From positions 3,264,001 through 3,328,000 of the forward strand of contig OZ243961.1 of assembly GCA_965214605.1 (NCBI GenBank): a DNA stretch of 64,000 nt, read 5' to 3'. Both the position numbers and the translations under genes were made by a program. The stretch is from an uncultured Candidatus Binatia bacterium (GTDB lineage: Bacteria > Desulfobacterota > Binatia > Bin18). The notes below the pieces were generated by a model. It saw nothing but the letters and a program-made list of their open reading frames with translations. It did not search any database and was not told the DNA's origin. This document shows, in pieces, positions 10,223 through 19,609 of the stretch; position 1 is the first letter of the stretch; every line of letters begins with the position of its first letter.

Positions 10223-11467
10223 TCAAATTACGCCGTCTTGCACAAGCCCGGTCAGCTGTTCTTGGCTGAGTCCTAGCTCTCCGGCGAATATCTCGGCGTT
10301 GTGTTCACCGAGCAGCGGTGGTCGCCGCGAGATCCGCCACGGCGTCTTCGTGAAAAAGAACGGGCCGCCAGGGTAGCGGATCGAACGGCCGAGTTCGGGA
10401 TGCTCGCACTCGGAAAAGAAGCCGCGGGCGGTAAGCTGAGGGTCGCGAAGCAGGGCTTCGGGCGGACGAACCATGGCGTACGGAATGCGCCGCAGTTGGG
10501 CGCCTTCCATCAGCTCAGCCACGCTATAGTCCTTGGCCCAGTCATCGAGTTGGTCGAACAAGTGCTCGGCGTGATCCCGGCGGTACTCCAAATCTTCCCA
10601 CTCAGGCGCGTCTAAGCCCTGGCCCTGGCCGTCCCCCCTGACCCATTCGACCAGGGAAGTCCAATCACCCAAGGTACAGTGCATCACATAGCCGTCTTTA
10701 CACCGTGCGACCCGAAAATAGCGGCTCCAGTGTAGGCTGCCGCGCCGTGTCTCAACGCCTAAGCCCTGGTGATAAAACGGTGATACGTGCTCGACCGCGG
10801 CGGCCACGGCTTCGTGGAGACTGATATCGACCCGCTGCCCCCGGCCGATTGAGTCGCGCGCCCACAGCGCGGACATCGTCCCGATCGCGCCAAAAAAAGC
10901 GGCGCTATGGTAAGCCTGCAGGCCAAGGCCGCGCAGCGGTGGTTCGTCCGGAAAGCCGTTGATGTACATCATGCCGCCCAGGGCTTCAGCCACCGTGTCC
11001 GAGCTTTTGTAGTCGGCATACGGCCCGCTTTGCCCAAACGGGGTGATTGAGGTCAGCACCAGCCGGGGGTTGAGGCGGGCCAGGACCTCGTAGCCCAGCC
11101 CGAGCTTGTCCAAGCTGCCGGGAGGGAAGGATTCGATGACCACATCGACGTTTGTCACGAGGCGTTGAAAGAGGGCGTGGCCGGCCGGCTTATGGACATC
11201 GAGCGTGATGCCCCGTTTGCTGGTGTTGTAGAAGCAGTACAGCAGGCTGCGCCGGTTGGCTTGGTTGGCATCGAGAAACGGCCCGATATCCCGCGTGGGA
11301 TCTCCGTCGGGCGGCTCGACCTTGATCACATCGGCGCCCATATCACCCATCAGCTTGGCGCACAAAGCGCCCTTGAGATCGGTCAGGTCAAGGACCCGGA
11401 GGTCAGACAGGGCAGAGGCGGGAGTATCCATCGTAACAATGCTCTCGCTTACAAAGGTCTTAGGCAT
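10223..11467 (-). CDS. Family III CoA-transferase subunit apparently lacking the catalytic Asp
   Basis: LRVLDLT, GADVIKVEPP, NTSKRGITLD, PPLLGEHN; GLQAYHSAA lies where the active-site Asp is expected. Overlaps the upstream gene by 8 nt. Confidence 0.9.
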   Translation of the reverse strand: MPKTFVSESIVTMDTPASALSDLRVLDLTDLKGALCAKLMGDMGADVIKVEPPDGDPTRDIGPFLDANQANRRSLLYCFYNTSKRGITLDVHKPAGHALFQRLVTNVDVVIESFPPGSLDKLGLGYEVLARLNPRLVLTSITPFGQSGPYADYKSSDTVAEALGGMMYINGFPDEPPLRGLGLQAYHSAAFFGAIGTMSALWARDSIGRGQRVDISLHEAVAAAVEHVSPFYHQGLGVETRRGSLHWSRYFRVARCKDGYVMHCTLGDWTSLVEWVRGDGQGQGLDAPEWEDLEYRRDHAEHLFDQLDDWAKDYSVAELMEGAQLRRIPYAMVRPPEALLRDPQLTARGFFSECEHPELGRSIRYPGGPFFFTKTPWRISRRPPLLGEHNAEIFAGELGLSQEQLTGLVQDGVI

Positions 11468-12317
11468 CCGGCTCTTCGGGGTGGAGGGGATGGGCCTGTT
11501 TCCACTCGACCGCTACCTGACCCATGGTCTTGAACGCCACCCCGTCATGGCTGTGCAGATAGTCGATGATTCGTTCAAGCATCAAGATCCGGTGGCCACG
11601 ACCGATGACTTGGGGGTGCATGGTCAGAGTATAGACGCCCCGGCCGATCCGCTCGTACAGAAAGTCGAAATCGGCCGTCCAAATTGTATACACCTCATCG
11701 GGCGTACGTAAACCGACGTGATTGGCCGGCCAGTGGAGGTTGAAGTACGGCCAGTCGTCCAGACTCCAGTCGAGCGGCAGTTCGAGCAGGTCAATCTCTT
11801 TGCCAAAGACGTAGGGGGCGTCGGTTTGCATCTCGTCCCCAACCCGGCAGTAGTAAGGGGTGAAATCGTCAGCCATCATACTGGAGTCGTACACAAAGCC
11901 GTACTCTAAGAGCAGGCTGTGGGTGAGAGGGCTGACATCCGCGGCGGGCGAGCGATAGCCGACCGGTGCTTTGCCGGTCACCCGCTGCAAACAGGCAATA
12001 CCCCGTTCCAGGATGGTGCGCTCCTGGTCGGCCGACAGCGAGCGCGGGTTTTCATGGCAATAGCCGTGATGGCCGATCTCGTGGCCAGCGTCGGCAATAC
12101 GCTGCACGCTGGCCGGAAAGGTCTCGGCCGTATGGCCGGGAATAAACCACGAGGCCGGCAGCTGATAGCGGTCGAGCATGTCGAGTATGCGCCCTGTGCC
12201 AACCTTCCCGAACTCGCCGCGCGACAACGTGCTCGGTGACCGGGTCCGAAAGGAGCCGGTCCAGACGGACATCCCGTCAAAATCAAAGGACAAACACACC
12301 GAGATATTTTTGGACAT
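11460..12317 (-). CDS. Polysaccharide deacetylase family (CE4, PuuE/HpPgdA-like)
   Basis: SFDFDG, HEIGHHGYCHE, GYRSP, YDSS, LTMHP. Confidence 0.88.
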   Translation of the reverse strand: MSKNISVCLSFDFDGMSVWTGSFRTRSPSTLSRGEFGKVGTGRILDMLDRYQLPASWFIPGHTAETFPASVQRIADAGHEIGHHGYCHENPRSLSADQERTILERGIACLQRVTGKAPVGYRSPAADVSPLTHSLLLEYGFVYDSSMMADDFTPYYCRVGDEMQTDAPYVFGKEIDLLELPLDWSLDDWPYFNLHWPANHVGLRTPDEVYTIWTADFDFLYERIGRGVYTLTMHPQVIGRGHRILMLERIIDYLHSHDGVAFKTMGQVAVEWKQAHPLHPEEPDA

Positions 12318-12336
12318 GGATTCCTCCGTTTCCTCA

Positions 12337-13935
12337 TCACAGCTTCACAAACACGTCTTTCACCCCTTCGCTGGTCAGGTGTGAGACGGTGGTGATCTTG
12401 TCGCTAAATGCTTTGAGGGTGCCGAATGAGCTGGAGCCCACGTCGATCAGGATGGAGAACAGGGAGAAGCCCAGCGTGTCTTTCTCTTGGCGAAACTGCT
12501 CGGCCCAGTCAGGACTGACCTGACACTCGCCATCGGTGATAAAAACAATATCGCCCCGCTTAAAGCGGGCCTGTCGCAAACCTTCGAGCGCGGCGTTCAG
12601 CGGTGTCTCAAAGTCGGTGCCGCCGCCGGGGAAGTACTCGGCCAATTCCATGACTTTTGACATATCGACCTCGTAGCGCTCGCGCGGGTTGAGGTCGAGG
12701 ACGTGCAGGGGGCTGGCGGCCGAAGCAAAGCAGATGGACCGAAACAGGCGACGTTGACGGCGGGCGATTTCCAGCAGGGTCAGGGTCAGCGCCTTGGCCC
12801 ACACCTCTTTGTCGCCCGTCATGGACGAACTGCCGTCCAGACACACGATAACCGGACCTTTGCCCTTTTCTTCAATGCCCCGCAGCGCGTATAAGAGCAA
12901 CTGATGGTCTAGCAAACGCCGGGTAAAATCTTTACGCAGGATGGGGTGGTGTAAGGATATCAGCTCGTGCGGCAGCAGGCGGCTGATTTCACTCCCGAGG
13001 CTGGCTTCAAACAGTTCTTCTGAGGTGCGTTCAAAAATCTTACGCCGCAGGGCCAGGGCATGGTACTTCATGCGGCCGACCATCCGGGACAGTTTCTTGA
13101 GTTTCTCGTTTCCGGCCAGATGTTTGCCGAGCTCAATCTGTTGGCCGGCCGAGGATTGACCGCCCCTCCCGATCGTCGTCCCCCACGACTCGGCTTCTTG
13201 CAGCGCGTCGTCCAGGTTTTGGGCGACCCCAATAGCTTCTTTGCGAAAGCGGTTCTGGATCTCGGCCTGCATATCAGACAGTTCAGCGCCGAGCTGTTTG
13301 GACTGTTGACGCAGCCGAGCATCCTCGGCCCGAGCCTCACTGGCCAACTTGTTGGCGGCTTGTTCTAAGAGGTCTGTGGTTTTTGGAGACAGCCCGCCGT
13401 CCTCGGCCAGCTCTTTGGCGACCTGTTTGGCCTCCTGGGCGGTCTCTATCTTTTCCTGAGCCGTCGCCTCCTGCCGATGGATGCGCTGCATGTCGAGCAT
13501 ATGGCGGCGGGTCAGAGGTTTTTCGGACTTGAGCAGCTTGAGGGCGCCCTCGCCCAGCAACACCGTGGCCAAGCCCGCCCGGCTCTCATCGAGGACGGTC
13601 GCCTGACGTAAGAAATGGGCGAGCTCACCGTGGTGTAAAGCGTCGAGCAGGGTCTTATTCAGCTTGGCGCTAGGCAGTACCGCGTCCTCTGTGAGAAAGA
13701 GGACATTATACTTAAACAGGGCGCAGAACAGGTCTTGCAGCAACGCCTCAAACTGGGGGACTAAGGTGGTGCCACTGTCTTCCAAGGCTTGGAGAGCCGG
13801 TGACGCTTCACGCAGAGTGCGGTACACCGTGCGGTCGTAGGAATCGCTCTCGATCCAACACGCGTTTTGCGGGATGGGGGGAGGAGGAGAGAGGATAAAG
13901 CGAGATTTTTTCTTGGTCGCTCTACGTCTGGCCAT
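12337..13935 (-). CDS. vWA-domain protein, ViaA-like
   Basis: C-terminal MIDAS DGSSS...GGTDF...ITDG; upstream EISRLLPHEL segment; helical middle region; directly downstream of a RavA-like ATPase. Confidence 0.85.
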   Translation of the reverse strand: MARRRATKKKSRFILSPPPPIPQNACWIESDSYDRTVYRTLREASPALQALEDSGTTLVPQFEALLQDLFCALFKYNVLFLTEDAVLPSAKLNKTLLDALHHGELAHFLRQATVLDESRAGLATVLLGEGALKLLKSEKPLTRRHMLDMQRIHRQEATAQEKIETAQEAKQVAKELAEDGGLSPKTTDLLEQAANKLASEARAEDARLRQQSKQLGAELSDMQAEIQNRFRKEAIGVAQNLDDALQEAESWGTTIGRGGQSSAGQQIELGKHLAGNEKLKKLSRMVGRMKYHALALRRKIFERTSEELFEASLGSEISRLLPHELISLHHPILRKDFTRRLLDHQLLLYALRGIEEKGKGPVIVCLDGSSSMTGDKEVWAKALTLTLLEIARRQRRLFRSICFASAASPLHVLDLNPRERYEVDMSKVMELAEYFPGGGTDFETPLNAALEGLRQARFKRGDIVFITDGECQVSPDWAEQFRQEKDTLGFSLFSILIDVGSSSFGTLKAFSDKITTVSHLTSEGVKDVFVKL

Positions 13936-13971
13936 AGGCTCGCTCTTGGTTTTGGGCGGTCGCGTTCGTGT

Positions 13972-15090
13972 TTATATTTTCTCGAGCAGTTGTTGCTGGA
14001 TGGCCTCAATCTCTTGGCGGGTGGCGACGACTTTGTCGAGCGGCCGCCCGCCCTGCTCGGCCTGTCGGCCGATCTCTTCGACCTGGGCTAGGATGCGGCG
14101 AATCTTGGTATGGGCTTCAATGACGGCTCGGGCGTGCTGTTCTTCGGTGTCCCACTCCCGTTCGGCATAATCGCGCAGCTCTCGGGTTTGAAACAACAGC
14201 TCTTGCACGGTGTCCTCATAGCCGTGGATCAGGCTTTGGATGACGGCGTGCACTTCGTCCTGCTCTGAGGGCTCTTTCCACAGCACATGCTCTAGAAAAA
14301 ACAGATCCGCTTCGCGCACCGCGGGATGACCGTTCAGGTAGGCTAGGGCTTGGAGGAGGGACAGACTCTGGCGGTAGCGCCGATCAGAGGCAATGATGTT
14401 TTTCTTGTTCAGCTCGCCGCGAATATCGGCCAAGGTGCTCAGCACGGCGTCGGGGATACGAATGGCTTGGACCTCCTCCTGCATTTGGTGCAGTTCGTCT
14501 AAGCGTATCGTGGTGGACTGGACCGGGGGGGGAGTCTGCAGCATCTTGAGGAAACGGAAATCTTCGCTGATGTAGTTGACCACAAAGCGGAGCAGGAAAC
14601 GGTCGTACAGGGCCAACAGCTCATCATCTTCGGGCAACTCGTTGCTGGCGCCAAACAGGCTCAGGAGGGGAACGGACGCGATCTGTCGCCCGTTGTGAAA
14701 GAGGCGCTCGTTGATAATGGTCAGAATGGCGTTCAGGATTGATGAGCTGGCCTTAAAGACCTCGTCTAGAAAGGCAATTTGTGCGTCAGGCAGCTTATGG
14801 GCGGTCACCCGCCGGTAATCGTCGGCTTCCAAGGCTTTGAGACTGACCGCACCAAATAGCTCTTCGGGGGTGGTGAATTTGGTCAGGAGCCACTGAAAAT
14901 AGGTCCCGCCGGTAATGCGCCGACACAGCGCGTCGGCCAGCATTGATTTGGCCGTGCCCGGCGGGCCGATGATCAGGACATGTTGGGACGAGAGCAGGGC
15001 GGCTAGAGCACCGTCAATCAACTCGGCTCGCTCCAAGAAGGTGTCTTGGAGTTCTTGACGAATCGCGCCTAGTTTGTCTTGCGGGCTCAC
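13972..15090 (-). CDS. MoxR-family AAA+ ATPase, RavA-like
   Basis: Walker A GPPGTAKS, Walker B FLDEVFK, LLTKFTTPEELFG, GASNELP, ALYDRF, SDRR. Confidence 0.9.
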   Translation of the reverse strand: MSPQDKLGAIRQELQDTFLERAELIDGALAALLSSQHVLIIGPPGTAKSMLADALCRRITGGTYFQWLLTKFTTPEELFGAVSLKALEADDYRRVTAHKLPDAQIAFLDEVFKASSSILNAILTIINERLFHNGRQIASVPLLSLFGASNELPEDDELLALYDRFLLRFVVNYISEDFRFLKMLQTPPPVQSTTIRLDELHQMQEEVQAIRIPDAVLSTLADIRGELNKKNIIASDRRYRQSLSLLQALAYLNGHPAVREADLFFLEHVLWKEPSEQDEVHAVIQSLIHGYEDTVQELLFQTRELRDYAEREWDTEEQHARAVIEAHTKIRRILAQVEEIGRQAEQGGRPLDKVVATRQEIEAIQQQLLEKI

Positions 15091-15164
15091 CCCTCAGGCT
15101 TAGCAGATCAAACCGGGAGGGACAATGCGGGTGGAGAAAAGTCGTGAGAGAACACGCCGGCGCT

Positions 15165-15440
15165 CTAGTGGTGGGTCTGCTGGGTCTCTTCGATGACGTC
15201 GAGGCCGGCCGCAATGAGAGTCATCAGTTCTACGTTGTCGGCCTCTCTCGCCAGCAGGCGGTCGATGCTCTGTTGTAAAATTTCCACCAGCGGCTTGTCT
15301 TGAGCAACTTCTCTGAGGGCGGCCCGGACCGGCTCAATTTTATCGTCGTACTGAGCGCCTAACTCGCGTTTCAGGGTGGTCCGGATGGCGACCAACTGGC
15401 CGGTCAGTGAGGAGACGCTCTTGCGCTTTGGCTGTGACAT
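15165..15440 (-). CDS. Small helical hypothetical protein (91 aa)
   Basis: Fills the gap co-directionally; amphipathic helical composition; TTGACA upstream on the minus strand. Confidence 0.7.
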   Translation of the reverse strand: MSQPKRKSVSSLTGQLVAIRTTLKRELGAQYDDKIEPVRAALREVAQDKPLVEILQQSIDRLLAREADNVELMTLIAAGLDVIEETQQTHH

Positions 15441-15536
15441 GGGGCCTTAGCAGAGCAAAGGATTTAGGGGGATGTCAAGGCTCTCAGGAAGTTTAACAAG
15501 AGGTGGTTGGAGAGGATGAGGGAGCGATTTCTGCCT

Positions 15537-16994
15537 TCAGTAGCGCTCAAGCCAAGCCTCGACCAGCGCGCGCTCAAACCTTCTGGCCCGTCTAGCCCAG
15601 GCTGCGGCTTCGGGTGGGCTCGTCGCAATTCGGCGGTCAGACTCAGCGTCAAGGGCGGCGCGCCGGGCGAAATCCGTCAACAGAATAACAAAGCTCAGCC
15701 GTCGGCCGCCGCGAGTGACCATGTAGCCGGCCAGGCCAGCGGCGTAGTGCATTGTGCCAGATTTTGCTCTGACGCTCTGCCGACTCACCTGAGTCCAGTC
15801 GCTTGCCGGGAGCAGCTCCACAAAATTCGCTCCAGGCGTTCGGTCTGTTGCGATCGGCCGCCAGCCGTAGCCGAGAATAGCGGCGAGTTGACGGGGGGTG
15901 TGGCGTGAGCGGCTGCTCAGGCCGGAGTGATTACGACTGATAAAAGTCTGCCAATCGGTATCCGGCAACCGCTGACGATACCAGGCGGCTAGAGCCGTGG
16001 CCGATTCGTGGAGTGCTGCGGGTCGGCCGAGCAGGTGGCGGCTGGCCACCTGGCCGATCAGTTCTGCCGATAGATTGTTGCTGTGGCGCAGGGTGCCGGC
16101 AACGATGTGGGACAGGGCTGGGCTGGCGTGGGTATACACCGGGCGGGCGCGCTGGGGGGTAAGGCCCGATTGCGGAAGGGGCAGTTCAATGCCGTTGTTT
16201 TGACACAAAGTGCGGAAGATGAGGGCGGTGACACGGCCCGGGGCTGTCCGGACCGGCAGGGTCTCCCAGCCGTCGGTTGGCAGATGACGGGAGAGCAGCC
16301 AGCGGTCAAGCGGTGCGGCGGTATGAAGAAACTGTATGCGGGGGTCGAGTCCCGGGGCTTGGGGCCCGGTTTGGATAGCGTGTACCCGCAGGCTGCCGCT
16401 GTCGGCCGGCGACCAGACGCTAGTCCGAAAGTCTGGACTGCCCGCCCTATGCTGCCAGCGGAGCTGCACACGGTTGTAATTCAAGGACAGTGCGCTGAGA
16501 CCGGGATTATAGGACGCCGCGGTCGGCTGTTGGTCGTTGATGGCGGAGGTGGACGGCAAAAAACTGTCGTCAAAAACAAAACGCCCGGCCACACGCTGAA
16601 TACCGGCATTCTTGAGCGCTTCTACAAAGTGGTGCAGATCATCGCTCGACAGCGACGGGTCCCCGCCGCCCCGCAGATACAGGTCTCCGCGCAGACTGCC
16701 GCCCCGCACAGAACCGTCTTGCAGCAGCACGGTGGTAAACCGATACTCGGAGCCCAGCAGGTGGAGGGCTGCTAGGGCGACGACGATTTTTGTTGTTGAG
16801 GCTGGGATGCGGGGGATGTCGGCGAGGTGGGCTTCCAGGACGGTTCCCCGAGCAGGATCAAAGACGATAGAGCCAATAGCGGTGGAACTGAAGCGGTAGC
16901 GACGGGCCAGGGTCTCGGTCAGCGCCGCCTCGGCGCTAGGGCCAAGCAGCACCAGGCTTGTCAGGGTCAAGGCCAACAGGTACCGGACAGGCAT
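15537..16994 (-). CDS. dacB: D-Ala-D-Ala carboxypeptidase/endopeptidase (PBP4, peptidase S13)
   Basis: Signal peptide, PASTTK (SxxK), GGGDP, SNN (SxN), NHSGLS, AKSGT (KTG-type). Confidence 0.92.
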   Translation of the reverse strand: MPVRYLLALTLTSLVLLGPSAEAALTETLARRYRFSSTAIGSIVFDPARGTVLEAHLADIPRIPASTTKIVVALAALHLLGSEYRFTTVLLQDGSVRGGSLRGDLYLRGGGDPSLSSDDLHHFVEALKNAGIQRVAGRFVFDDSFLPSTSAINDQQPTAASYNPGLSALSLNYNRVQLRWQHRAGSPDFRTSVWSPADSGSLRVHAIQTGPQAPGLDPRIQFLHTAAPLDRWLLSRHLPTDGWETLPVRTAPGRVTALIFRTLCQNNGIELPLPQSGLTPQRARPVYTHASPALSHIVAGTLRHSNNLSAELIGQVASRHLLGRPAALHESATALAAWYRQRLPDTDWQTFISRNHSGLSSRSRHTPRQLAAILGYGWRPIATDRTPGANFVELLPASDWTQVSRQSVRAKSGTMHYAAGLAGYMVTRGGRRLSFVILLTDFARRAALDAESDRRIATSPPEAAAWARRARRFERALVEAWLERY

Positions 16995-17016
16995 GGCTTA
17001 CGGTGTGGTGACTGGC

Positions 17017-17793
17017 TCAGCCGAGCCGACGGGCGATAATATTGAGGCGCACATAGTCGATCAGGGCTCTCCCGGTTCGCCTCACGACCGCTTGGGCGAC
17101 TGCCTTGGCAAACCGTCTCTTGTCTTCCGGCGCTAGCCGCAGTAGATGCGCTCCCAGCACGATCGTTTCCAAATAGTCCGCCAGGTGAGTCTGAGATTCA
17201 AGCTCAACCGGCTCTGCATTCAACCAGATATCTAGCGGCTCAAAACCGGCCTGGCGGAGGCGTTGGTCGGTCACCTTGGGCTGGGCAAATTCCCACGGCT
17301 CCTGCCAGCCGGCAAAGGCCGCCCGGAAAGGGACGGCGTTCATAACCGCAGCGCTAGCCGCCCGGACGCCGGCGATGTTGCCCGCGCCGCCACACTGGGC
17401 AACTAGCTGTCCGCCGGGTTTGAGAACGCGGGCCAGTCGGGCAAAGAGGGCGTCATGATCGAGAATCCAGTGGAAGGTGGCGGTTGACAAGATTGCGTCA
17501 ACCCGCTGCGGTAGGTCAAGGCTTAGCAGATCGGCCACGCGGAGGCTGACCCGTCGGTCGGTGTAAAACCGCTCAGCCGCCTGTTCAATCATCGCCGCAG
17601 AGCCGTCAACCCCAATGACCCGGCCGTGTGGTACACGAGCCAGCAGTTGCTCAGTCACCCGGCCCGTCCCGCAGCCGGCGTCCAGCACGGTTTCACGGCC
17701 GGTTAGTTTTAAGCGCTCAAGGACATGTCCTCCCCACCGAGTCATAGGATCGGCAAGCCGCTCATACTCGTCTGCATTCCACTCTCGTGCCAT
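17017..17793 (-). CDS. Class I SAM-dependent methyltransferase (trans-aconitate methyltransferase-like)
   Basis: VLDAGCGTG, STATFHWI, LKPGG, DYVRLNI. Confidence 0.87.
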   Translation of the reverse strand: MAREWNADEYERLADPMTRWGGHVLERLKLTGRETVLDAGCGTGRVTEQLLARVPHGRVIGVDGSAAMIEQAAERFYTDRRVSLRVADLLSLDLPQRVDAILSTATFHWILDHDALFARLARVLKPGGQLVAQCGGAGNIAGVRAASAAVMNAVPFRAAFAGWQEPWEFAQPKVTDQRLRQAGFEPLDIWLNAEPVELESQTHLADYLETIVLGAHLLRLAPEDKRRFAKAVAQAVVRRTGRALIDYVRLNIIARRLG

Positions 17794-17928
17794 ACTGCTC
17801 CTTAATCATCAAGGCGAAAACATTGTTCCCTGTTCAGCGTGCATTGTCCATGCAGTCTGGCTCTCGCGTCCGTGTTCCATTCGTGTCAGAATAGCCGGCT
17901 ACAGGAACACAGGGGGCGTGGACGAAAA

Positions 17929-18645
17929 ATGGTGCGAGGTGTAATGGCGATTGTCTTTTGCTGTTTGGTGTGCAGCGGCGCGCAACGTGCGGCAGCACAC
18001 CAACCGGTGCTGGAGGAGACCTTTGAACAGTATGCGGTTGGTGTATTCCCGAGCCGCTGGCAAACGCGGGGGGATGAGGTTGAGGCGCAGACAATATACA
18101 AGGTGATGGAAGAGGAGGCCGGCAACCGTTTCCTGCGTGCCTCGGCTGAGAGACAGGACACCCAGATTGGCCTCACCAAAAAGTTTGGGCCCGAGAAATA
18201 TCCCCTGCTCCGCTGGCGCTGGCGGGTCACTCGACTGCCGACCGGTGGAGACGAGCGCGTCGACCGGACCAATGATTCGGCCGCGGCGGTGTACGTGGTG
18301 TTTGACAGCCGCATTATTCCCCGAGCCATTAAATACGTCTGGAGCACGACCTTACCGGTTGGCAGCACGTTCACGAGCCCAACGTATTGGCGGGCCAAGG
18401 TCGTCGTGCTCCAGAGCGGACCGCCGGACGACTCGGCCTGGCATCAGGAAACGGTGAACTTTTATGAGGACTATAAACGGCTGTTTGGCTTTGCCCCGGG
18501 CCAGGTCCAGGGAGTGGCGATTTTGACCGATTCGGATGTCACCAAAAGCAGCGCCCAAGCCGACTATGACGATCTGACCATCCTGCCGGCCGCAGCCTTG
18601 GATTCGCTAGCCGTGCACGACTCGCCGTCACTGCCACGGCCTTGA
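17929..18645 (+). CDS. DUF3047-like exported protein
   Basis: Signal-peptide-like N-terminus; PLLRWRWRV, DSAAAVYVVF, IKYVWS, ILTDSD recalled as the DUF3047 pattern. Confidence 0.75.
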   Translation: MVRGVMAIVFCCLVCSGAQRAAAHQPVLEETFEQYAVGVFPSRWQTRGDEVEAQTIYKVMEEEAGNRFLRASAERQDTQIGLTKKFGPEKYPLLRWRWRVTRLPTGGDERVDRTNDSAAAVYVVFDSRIIPRAIKYVWSTTLPVGSTFTSPTYWRAKVVVLQSGPPDDSAWHQETVNFYEDYKRLFGFAPGQVQGVAILTDSDVTKSSAQADYDDLTILPAAALDSLAVHDSPSLPRP

Positions 18646-18776
18646 CTCATTGAGCAAGACTCTCAGTTGGAGTTGGAAGCCGCTCGGCTTCTTTGCTATG
18701 GTTTGTTGCCGGGCGGCCCCCGTGGCTGCCCATTCCCCGGCGCCCTTTGGGCTGCCCGGTGGTTTAAGGAGGACGA

Positions 18777-19520
18777 GTGATGGCTGGAAGACTTGAGGGA
18801 AAAGTTGGTCTGATTTCTGGGGCAGCACGCGGACAGGGAGAGGCCGAGGCGCGAATGTTCGTGGCTGAAGGGGCAAAAGTCGTGCTCGGCGATATTTTGC
18901 TCGAAGAGCAGGGCCGGGTGGTGGACACACTGGGCGGACAGGCGACCGGCGTAAAACTTGATGTCACCCGAGAGGAGGACTGGCAGGCCGCGATTGAGAC
19001 GGCGCTTGCCACCTATGGCAAGCTCGATATTTTGGTCAATAATGCCGGGATCTTTCCGGTCGAAAAACTGGAAGAAACCGATCTGGAACTGTGGAATCGG
19101 GTCATTGCTATCAATCAGACCGGGGTGTTTCTGGGCATGAAATACGCCGTTCCGGCCATGCGGCAGTCCGGGGGTGGCTCGATTATCAACATTTCCTCGA
19201 TCGCCGGTCTGATTGGATCCGGTCTGGCAACCGCCTACCACGGGACAAAGGGGGCGGTCCGTTTGCTGACAAAATCGATCGCACTTGAGTATGCCAAGGA
19301 TAATATTCGGGTCAATTCGGTCCATCCGGGCGGGGTCGATACCGCCATGCTCGACGTGCTCGACCCTGAAGCGCGCCAGGCGGCGCGTCAGAGTCATCCG
19401 CTGGGCCGGCTGGCAACCGCCACCGATATTGCCTATGGTGTGCTGTACTTGGCCAGCGATGAATCCTCGTTTGTGACGGGCACCGAGCTGGTGATTGATG
19501 GTGGGTATACCGCCCAATAA
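18777..19520 (+). CDS. Short-chain dehydrogenase/reductase
   Basis: GAARGQG, LVNNAG, NISS, YHGTK (YxxxK), IRVNSVHPG, IDGGY; RBS AAGGAGG. Confidence 0.93.
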   Translation: MMAGRLEGKVGLISGAARGQGEAEARMFVAEGAKVVLGDILLEEQGRVVDTLGGQATGVKLDVTREEDWQAAIETALATYGKLDILVNNAGIFPVEKLEETDLELWNRVIAINQTGVFLGMKYAVPAMRQSGGGSIINISSIAGLIGSGLATAYHGTKGAVRLLTKSIALEYAKDNIRVNSVHPGGVDTAMLDVLDPEARQAARQSHPLGRLATATDIAYGVLYLASDESSFVTGTELVIDGGYTAQ

Positions 19521-19609
19521 TAGGGCTCTTTTTCTGGTGCGGCGGCCAGGACGATCCACAGGAGACGTCAAAGCATCCGGCAGGCTGGAGTCCGGGGGAG
19601 GAAGCGCAC

